Source of the DNA: Candidatus Cloacimonadales bacterium
GTDB lineage: Bacteria; Cloacimonadota; Cloacimonadia; Cloacimonadales; JAIOQZ01
DNA: 64,000 nucleotides
Direction of reading: 5' to 3'
Assembly: GCA_963665815.1 (NCBI GenBank)
Contig: OY762463.1
Span: forward strand, 288,001 to 352,000
The notes beneath the pieces are model-generated. The model saw nothing but the letters and a program-made list of their open reading frames with translations. It ran no database searches and was not told the origin of the DNA. Positions 57,352 to 64,000 of the stretch are shown one piece after another (the stretch's first letter is position 1; the number at the start of each line of letters is the position of its first letter). Made by a program: the position numbers and the translations under genes.

Positions 57352-58656
57352 GGAATAGATTATGACGAGAATGTTGATGTTAAACGGAGAATTATCGATC
57401 TGCGTGAAAAACTCATCAAAGAGAGAGGACTGCCAAAGAACGAGAAACTTTTGTTACAACAAGCCGAGAGTATGTATAAACGGTATGTTGATAATAAAGC
57501 AGATGGAGAATATCTGAGGTTAATGCTGAGTCTTTTCAGTAATCCGGAGACAATGCTAAGTTTTGAAGAACCTGTTATTGGTGATGATGGTAGAAATCGA
57601 TCTGTCTTTGGTATGTTCAGAAAAATAACTCTCAACCATGCTCTTAGACAAATAATGGGACTTGTGAAAAATAGACAAGTAGATGATATCGACAGCAATT
57701 TACCTAAGTATAAAGGTGTTTTAGATAAAATCAATAAGGTTGCTGAGAAAAAGGGTTTTAACATCGAGCCGGGAGATTTATCACAAATCCGAATGAATCT
57801 GGCAAAAAGGAAATCAAGCAAATTCAGTAGCTCTAAAGATTTTTATGATTGCAGATCCAGAGTAATCAGATCACAATCCGGCATTAAGAACTCTAGAAAT
57901 CCGATAGTGTTCAAAGATACGATTCTTAAGAGTATTAAAACCGGAGATTACAACTTTGACAACCGGCAATTTTCAATAAAGTCGGACAATATAATGAGAA
58001 CAGTTTATGAGAGCCGGATAACCTATAATATTATGATTGTGCTTGATGTCAGTAATTCAATAAAGTGGGTGATACCTGTTCTTGAGAGAATAATTCCGAT
58101 GATGAGCAGTAAAGTGGCAAGTATTAAGGACAGAATCGGCCTTATAGGCTTCCAGAATGACATGGCAAGAGTTTATCACTATCCTACTCATAACTCCAGA
58201 TTGATTATTGGGTCAATTAACAGCATGAAGATAGAAGGAATGACTCCGATTGCTGATGGACTGAATCTAGCAGGACAGATTTTCGCTGAACCAGGATATA
58301 AGACTCAGGGATTTAAGAATATGATTGTTCTTATCTCAGACTGTTATCCTGAGCCAATTACCGGAAAGTATGAAAATATGTTGGACGAACCATCTTACAA
58401 GGCTGTGGAACAGTCTGTTAAACTTCTTGACACTAATAAGATCAGCCTTATGATTATTAATCCTGTTAAACCTGTTGGTAAAATCCAATGGGGGAAAAAA
58501 CTTGTTGAAAAGCTTCAGTTATATAAGAATGTAAAATACATAGAACTTGATACCAGATTTTCAAATTCAGTATTTGGTGAAGAAAAGGCATTGATAAAGG
58601 AATCAGAACTGCAGAAAGTTTGTGATTCCATGCTTGAAATTAAAATATCTCTTTGA
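57310..58656 (+). CDS. ChlD-like C-terminal part with VWA domain (probably reached by frameshift)
   Basis: MIDAS VLDVSNS, DRIGLIGF, TPIADGL, VLISD; frame is open back to the A-run. Confidence 0.8.
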   Translation, partial: VLEYLKHLVSELDIGIDYDENVDVKRRIIDLREKLIKERGLPKNEKLLLQQAESMYKRYVDNKADGEYLRLMLSLFSNPETMLSFEEPVIGDDGRNRSVFGMFRKITLNHALRQIMGLVKNRQVDDIDSNLPKYKGVLDKINKVAEKKGFNIEPGDLSQIRMNLAKRKSSKFSSSKDFYDCRSRVIRSQSGIKNSRNPIVFKDTILKSIKTGDYNFDNRQFSIKSDNIMRTVYESRITYNIMIVLDVSNSIKWVIPVLERIIPMMSSKVASIKDRIGLIGFQNDMARVYHYPTHNSRLIIGSINSMKIEGMTPIADGLNLAGQIFAEPGYKTQGFKNMIVLISDCYPEPITGKYENMLDEPSYKAVEQSVKLLDTNKISLMIINPVKPVGKIQWGKKLVEKLQLYKNVKYIELDTRFSNSVFGEEKALIKESELQKVCDSMLEIKISL

Positions 58657-58713
58657 GTGCCTATACTTAATTTCTTTAACTTTATACTGATAGCGCATGA
58701 ATAAGGAGTGAAA

Positions 58714-59016
58714 ATGACAGAGTTTACTGAAAACGTTATTGATATAATCAAGTCTATACCATCGGGTAAAGTTGCAACATATGGTCAAATCGCTTCAATA
58801 GCAGGCAGTTCAATGGCAGCCCGGCAAGTTGTCCGAATTCTGAGATCCTGTTCTGAGAAGCACAAACTTCCCTGGCATAGAGTAATAAACAGTAAGGGTG
58901 AAGTAGCAATAAAGGATCCGGAAGGAAATTTTATTCAGCAGAACTTACTGAGAGATGAAGGAGTTGATGTTATTAATGGTAAAGTGGATCTTAAGATTTT
59001 CAGGTGGAACGGTTGA
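58714..59016 (+). CDS. alkyltransferase-like (ATL/YbaZ, MGMT family) protein
   Basis: IPSGKVATYGQIA, ARQV, PWHRV (Trp in place of the catalytic Cys). Confidence 0.9.
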   Translation: MTEFTENVIDIIKSIPSGKVATYGQIASIAGSSMAARQVVRILRSCSEKHKLPWHRVINSKGEVAIKDPEGNFIQQNLLRDEGVDVINGKVDLKIFRWNG

Positions 59017-59030
59017 TCGTATTATTCTTA

Positions 59031-59250
59031 TCATAACATTTTATTTTTCATTAACCTCATAATTTCGTCAAGTGCTTGGGTCGCTTCGGTAAACATTGGT
59101 GAGCATATAGGATAACAGTGTATCATTCTTTCTCCGATGATTAGGGTAGTATCTACACTTGCAGCTTTTACTTTTTCAGCATATCTTACTGCATCATCTC
59201 GTAATGTTTCATGGTTTCTGGTTGTAATTACTATTGGAAGTAATCTTGAT
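59031..59250 (-). pseudogene. C-terminal remnant of an HSL-type alpha/beta hydrolase
   Basis: LLPIVITTRNHETLRDDAVRYAEKVKAASVDTTLIIGERMIHCYP...EATQALDEI. Confidence 0.65.
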
Positions 59251-59640
59251 ATAGATATCTCCTGCTATACAATTTCTTATTATCAAGTAACAAATGTTGT
59301 AATAATAAAAAATAGCATGATAGTTGCTGCTTCTATTTCAAAAGACTCTAAAGTTACTATTTTGGGATGCAGTTTAGGTTATACTTATACAGATGGGTTT
59401 GAAGATGAGTTCAAGAAAATTGCTAAAAAAAGATAAACAACTATATCGAAACTTCGTTCCTAAGAAGCGAATTCTCTCCTTAAAGCTCCTGCTAATTTGC
59501 AAAACTGATGTTAGAATCTTACATGAACAGACTTAAATTTGCAATTTTGAATAAAGGTCTTCTTTTCCTATTTTTAATATCAAAGACAAAAATCCTCTCC
59601 ATTCTTTTGAAGTAAGAGTTGATCTCTATGCTTTTTTTAC

Positions 59641-59669
59641 TTGACACTATTATACAAGTATAATAGTGT
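59641..59669 (+). promoter_or_regulatory. promoter overlapped by a perfect palindrome (putative PadR operator)
   Basis: TTGACA-N17-TAGTGT; ACACTATTATAC-AA-GTATAATAGTGT. Confidence 0.7.
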
Positions 59670-59700
59670 ACATGTTAAATAGATAAAAAGGAGAATAATT

Positions 59701-60261
59701 ATGTCGTTGCCTATGGGTTTACTCGGTCTGTTAAATTATCTACCTATGAGTGGTTATGATTTAAAGAAAATGTTTGATGATTCCATTCACTTCTTTTGGG
59801 CTGCCCAAACCAGTCAGATTTATCGGGAACTAAAAAAACTCGAAAATAATGGAGACATTGGATCTGAAATGGAAGCAAGTTCAAAAGGTCCCTATAGAAA
59901 AGTTTACTCAATTACTGATCAGGGTCGTGAGACGCTAACAAATTGGTTAACCAGTCCTCCAGACCAAATAAAAGAAGATGTCCGCAATGAACTCAATTTA
60001 CGAATTCTGTTTTCATCAGAGTTGGGATTTACCAAACCTATTGAACAGTTAAAACAACAACTAGCTTTGTATGAACAAGAACTGGCAGATTTATCGGAAG
60101 TTGAAGAAAAACTCCAACATTATTTGCAACTTACAGGACGTAACGATTGTGGTCCATATTGGAGAGTTGCTCTGAGTAAAGGTAAATATATTACCGAAGC
60201 CAATGTCAAGTGGGCTAAAGATTCAATTGAATATCTTAGAGATATCTCAAAAAAAGTGTAA
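59701..60261 (+). CDS. PadR family transcriptional regulator
   Basis: LLGLL..PMSGYDL, FW....SQIYREL, RKVYSITDQG. Confidence 0.92.
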   Translation: MSLPMGLLGLLNYLPMSGYDLKKMFDDSIHFFWAAQTSQIYRELKKLENNGDIGSEMEASSKGPYRKVYSITDQGRETLTNWLTSPPDQIKEDVRNELNLRILFSSELGFTKPIEQLKQQLALYEQELADLSEVEEKLQHYLQLTGRNDCGPYWRVALSKGKYITEANVKWAKDSIEYLRDISKKV

Positions 60262-60393
60262 ATCAGAGAAAGTAACTTACAATTATTGATAAAGTTAAAT
60301 ATAATTATCATAAATATCACTGACTGTTTAATTTAATGTTGCTTCATAAGTTTAAAATTTCAGTATGTTCAAAAAAAAATTAATGGAGATTCT

Positions 60394-62007
60394 ATGTCTA
60401 AAATTAACAAAAAAACAAAGTTTCTGATTCTTATAGGAATTCTAATAGTTGTTTCCCCTTTTGTGTATAATGTATATACTTTTTCATACATTCCTAAGCT
60501 TTTCAAACTGAATAAAAAGTGTCAGGAAGAAGGATATTATATGGCTCTTTTTGAGTTTAAGATGCTGGGGCTTTCCTATTATCTGGATAAAGGGGAATAT
60601 CTTGAAGCCAGTAAAAGAATTCGAGAATTATACAATCAGATGAGAACCCGCAAAGGACTGATAAAGGTACCAAACTTCACCAGTAAGGAAGAAGAATATA
60701 ACTTCTATAGGAATTTACAAAATCCTGAAACAGGCTCTTTCATGGATAGTGAGTATCCTTTATGTACACATCACGAGCCAACAAAAAATGTAGTTGCTCA
60801 TCTTGAGAGACTTTCTCTTGAAATAGGTGTCCCATTATCCCTAAAGTATCCTCTAAGATACTTAGAACAGGTTGATACTCCTGAAGAAATGATCAACTAC
60901 TTAAATGATATATCAACTATAAGTTGGCCAGCTTATAAGCTTACTCAAACAACATTTCATCATGCCCGGGATATACTAAGCTTGGCTAATGAAAATGATG
61001 TAATTACACGTAACAAGTTATTTACACCTACGTCTGAGTTAAAGCAAATTTTATTACAATGGTTCTATGATGCTCAGGATCCAGAGACCGGATTATGGGG
61101 ACCTAAATCCAAAAAAGGTAAATTGCTAAAAATGGATCTGAGCAATACTTCATCGATTTTAAAAGCGTTCATCAACGCAAAGGGCGAATACATTCATCCT
61201 CAGTTTCCGGTACATTATCAGGATAAAATCTTCGCATCTGTTTTCAAAGTTGTTTCAGAAGGAACCCCTCAAAGCGATGATCTTGATTTATGGCACGAGT
61301 GGAGACTGAGAACATCCAAAGGATTAAGAGTTTTACCACGCTATCTCTGGAAGAAAGCTTCCATAGAAAATAAGGAAAAGACTGTAGATTTTTATAAACA
61401 ATACGTAGTTAATATTTTTAAACTATATTATGTAAAAAAGGATGGTGCATTTAGTTATTATCCAAAGTCCCAAAAAGCAACTCTTGATGGTACAGGTGTA
61501 TATTCTGTTCTAGTGGAAATGGGTGGTTTATCAAATGAGAATTACCAAAAACTTTGGGGAGATTTTGATCAATCTATCAAAAACAGAAAAAGTATAGAAA
61601 GAAAACACTTCACACAAGAACAATTGGATGGATTGAATAATCATTCGGAAGTAAATTCTATCCGCTTCTATACAACTGAACCGAATTTAGACACATATTG
61701 TTCTGGTGCGGAGTTTGTTTATTATCCCAAAGACACAGATATTCTTGATGCTGTAGAGTTGATTAGCAATATAAAATCATGGCTATCAATAACAGATCAA
61801 TCTATGGGTAATTGGGTAGCAAAAAGTCAAATTGAAAATTCACTAAAAGTTTTTAATTGGTCATCAACTAATTCATTTAAGGAATTACCTGAAAACTATA
61901 TCAACACAGCTTTAAAAGAAAACGGAGAAGTATACTTTATAGCATACAACACGTTATCTCTACCTGTGTACAAACTTAAAATTACATCAAATGAGAAGAA
62001 AAAATAA
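60394..62007 (+). CDS. membrane-anchored hypothetical protein with prenyltransferase/QW-like repeats
   Basis: N-terminal TM; LQNPETGSF, AQDPETGLWG, KDGAFSYY. Confidence 0.5.
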   Translation: MSKINKKTKFLILIGILIVVSPFVYNVYTFSYIPKLFKLNKKCQEEGYYMALFEFKMLGLSYYLDKGEYLEASKRIRELYNQMRTRKGLIKVPNFTSKEEEYNFYRNLQNPETGSFMDSEYPLCTHHEPTKNVVAHLERLSLEIGVPLSLKYPLRYLEQVDTPEEMINYLNDISTISWPAYKLTQTTFHHARDILSLANENDVITRNKLFTPTSELKQILLQWFYDAQDPETGLWGPKSKKGKLLKMDLSNTSSILKAFINAKGEYIHPQFPVHYQDKIFASVFKVVSEGTPQSDDLDLWHEWRLRTSKGLRVLPRYLWKKASIENKEKTVDFYKQYVVNIFKLYYVKKDGAFSYYPKSQKATLDGTGVYSVLVEMGGLSNENYQKLWGDFDQSIKNRKSIERKHFTQEQLDGLNNHSEVNSIRFYTTEPNLDTYCSGAEFVYYPKDTDILDAVELISNIKSWLSITDQSMGNWVAKSQIENSLKVFNWSSTNSFKELPENYINTALKENGEVYFIAYNTLSLPVYKLKITSNEKKK

Positions 62008-62213
62008 TGAAAAGAATACTCATACTATTATTCACTCTATCACTATTTACAAATGAAGCCAATGACAAGTTTTCGTTACAAGGAACAATCGTATATGAAG
62101 ATGCCCGGAAGATTCATTTATCTAATAGTACCGAAGCTAAGTTTAAAGGTAATGATGTTGGTAACTATGATAAACTGGTAACGAACCCAACTTATGTTGG
62201 ATTGAAAGGTTAA
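62007..62213 (+). CDS. short exported ORF, possibly a truncated gene
   Basis: TAATG coupling to the previous gene and a signal-peptide-like N-terminus; only 68 aa. Confidence 0.35.
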   Translation: MKRILILLFTLSLFTNEANDKFSLQGTIVYEDARKIHLSNSTEAKFKGNDVGNYDKLVTNPTYVGLKG

Positions 62214-62214
62214 T

Positions 62215-63282
62215 ATGTTTTTTTCAGCAAGTAAATATAGATACATAATAGTGGTATTTGCAATGGTCTTAAACTTTAATTTGATGGCCCAAGTTACAAA
62301 ACCGGAAAAGAATAAATTCCCCAAAGAGTCTTGGGGAGTAGGAGTACACCCAATAATAGGGGTTAGTGATACTGATGGTTTAACTTTGGGTGCTGCTATG
62401 GCTTTTTATTTTGAGCCAGAGGATAGAAATCAGGATACAGATGAACTGGGATCCTCAATAAGTTTTAATTTCTCCAGACAGTATGATATTTTGTTGGACT
62501 ATAGCAAGTATTTTAAAGATAACTGGCTGAGTTTAGACTTGAAGTCTGGTTATCAGAACTATCCGGATGATTATAATGATATGGATTATAATGCAGAGTA
62601 TATTCCATTTAGAATTGCAGCGAACTTTGTCGTTTCCGAAAATACTTATATTGGGGTGTCCTATAGCTTCAAATTTTCTAAAACTTCTTTTGTGAATAAT
62701 GAGACTGCTAACAGTACCATAATTGGAGTTGGTAAAAAGTGCCTTTCTGGTTTAGGAGGACAGTTAGTGTATAAGAATATTCCTAAAGGACAAATATATA
62801 GAAGAGAAGGTAATTTGTTTAAAGTTTCATTCACACATTTTAACCCGGCTTTAGGAAGTTCACTCAAGTTTACAGAATCTGAAATTGATTATAGGCATTA
62901 CTTTCCAGTATGGGAAAAATGTGTCCTGGCATTTCAAATTGTGGGGAAATCCTCCTTCGGAGATGTACCATTTTACGATATCTTGGAGCTTAAAGGGAAA
63001 ATGATTCTGCGAGGAGCTAGTAGTATGTCAGGAAATTATTTTTTAGCTGGGCAAACAGAGTTAAGGTTTCCTGTCTGGTGGAGGTTCGGTGCAACAGTGT
63101 TTGCTGGAATGGGTGAAGTAGAAGAAAACCTTAGTGATTTTTGTACAAGAAAAAGCGTTGCTGGTGGAATCGGTTTACGTATAGTTCTAAATAAGAAAAA
63201 GAATATAAATTTAAGATTTGATTTTGCTTTCAATGAAGAAGGAAGTAAGAGTGTAGTAATGAAAATTAAAGAAGCTTTCTAG
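62215..63282 (+). CDS. Omp85/BamA-TamA family beta-barrel without POTRA domains (second paralog)
   Basis: DYRHY, GDVPFY, LRG, ELRFP, GLR...NLRFD, terminal EAF. Confidence 0.78.
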   Translation: MFFSASKYRYIIVVFAMVLNFNLMAQVTKPEKNKFPKESWGVGVHPIIGVSDTDGLTLGAAMAFYFEPEDRNQDTDELGSSISFNFSRQYDILLDYSKYFKDNWLSLDLKSGYQNYPDDYNDMDYNAEYIPFRIAANFVVSENTYIGVSYSFKFSKTSFVNNETANSTIIGVGKKCLSGLGGQLVYKNIPKGQIYRREGNLFKVSFTHFNPALGSSLKFTESEIDYRHYFPVWEKCVLAFQIVGKSSFGDVPFYDILELKGKMILRGASSMSGNYFLAGQTELRFPVWWRFGATVFAGMGEVEENLSDFCTRKSVAGGIGLRIVLNKKKNINLRFDFAFNEEGSKSVVMKIKEAF

Positions 63283-63531
63283 TACCTTCCAGCAACTTGT
63301 GATTTTCCAGTTATGGACTATTAATTTATTTTTTATAAAAGAACTATACAAAGAGTTCAGAAATCAATATATTTATATATCAGAATAAAGTGGAATATTA
63401 ACATGATTGATTTTACATTTATTATGTCTTGTAAACTTTAACTTAATCTCTCGCTTCATGTAAGTAATCACTTAGTCAATTGACTTGCTGATTCTATATT
63501 TTACAAAATAGTCCTTGTACATTGAGTGAGT

Positions 63532-63648
63532 ATGAATAAAATAATCAACATATCTACTGGAGAAGTTAAAAAGGTAATAAAAAGAGTACACTGATATCAA
63601 ATGGTATCGGCTCCTGTATTGTAGTTGCAGCTATCAATTTTAAAGGAA
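63532..63648 (+). pseudogene. frameshifted, truncated cheD-like remnant
   Basis: MNKIINISTGEVK-(A-run shift)-GNKKSTLISNGIGSCIVVAAINFKG; the GxGSC motif is present. Confidence 0.6.
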
Positions 63649-64000
63649 AGTATATTCTTCTCAGAATTTTTCCCATAATTGCCTTTCATTGAATAAAAAT
63701 GGATTTAATATTGTCAAGGGAATCATAAAAATATTATCTTTTTCCTGTGCAAAAGAAATTTCGAAAAGAATTTATTTACAATATGAAATTATTTTCTTGT
63801 TTTCGAAATTATATTGGCTAAATTTTATTATAAACCTCATTAAGAACTGAGTATACAAGGAAACTCTATATGCTAAATTCTTTAAAATCCAGAATAATTT
63901 TTACAATAAGCGGCATAATTATAATCTCTTTTATAATTAAAACTGTAATTATAGGTTACATCGCTGAATCCAAAATGGAAGAGGCTTTTGAAAACAATGC

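Noticed and set aside
56207-58656. Evidence of photosynthesis (Mg-chelatase)
   Set aside because: ChlI/ChlD-like proteins are widespread in non-phototrophs, and no other bch/chl genes are present.
59137-59436. 99-aa plus-strand ORF as a real gene
   Set aside because: Its 5' half is antisense to the esterase remnant, and it has no recognisable motif.
1-64000. tRNA/rRNA genes, IS elements and the many short antisense ORFs in the track
   Set aside because: I saw no cloverleaf, rRNA or transposase signatures by eye. The short ORFs overlap well-supported genes on the other strand or frame.

Overview
AT-rich bacterial chromosomal window. The rplM-rpsI-rpsB-tsf-pyrH-frr gene order and a C25 gingipain-like protein with an NYPNPFNP...FlgD/T9SS-type tail suggest the FCB group, probably Cloacimonadota-like (inference). 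It holds housekeeping genes (ilvE, arcA, CCA-adding enzyme, msrAB, translation operon), signalling genes, tandem paralog arrays (2 DMT transporters, 5 beta-propeller lipoproteins), an isolated flagellin and a ComEA-like/outer-membrane barrel/5'-nucleotidase operon. The most unusual region is an ~11.4 kb island (44.65-56.07 kb) of orphan Rhs C-terminal toxin/immunity cassettes. The cassettes are separated by a conserved hairpin plus an Rhs core-tail repeat. Three of the Rhs tails are interrupted by four copies of a small structured DNA element with compensatory base changes and recurring TC/TAC internal loops, and two of these copies end exactly at the core/toxin junction. Just downstream, a chlI-like ATPase ORF and a VWA ORF are joined by an A_AAA_AAG -1 frameshift signal. 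Small remnants (cheD, esterase), an unannotated ferredoxin and a premature-stop paralog were also read by eye. I found no tRNA, rRNA, CRISPR array, transposase, integrase or reverse transcriptase. All family calls come from motif recognition, not database searches.
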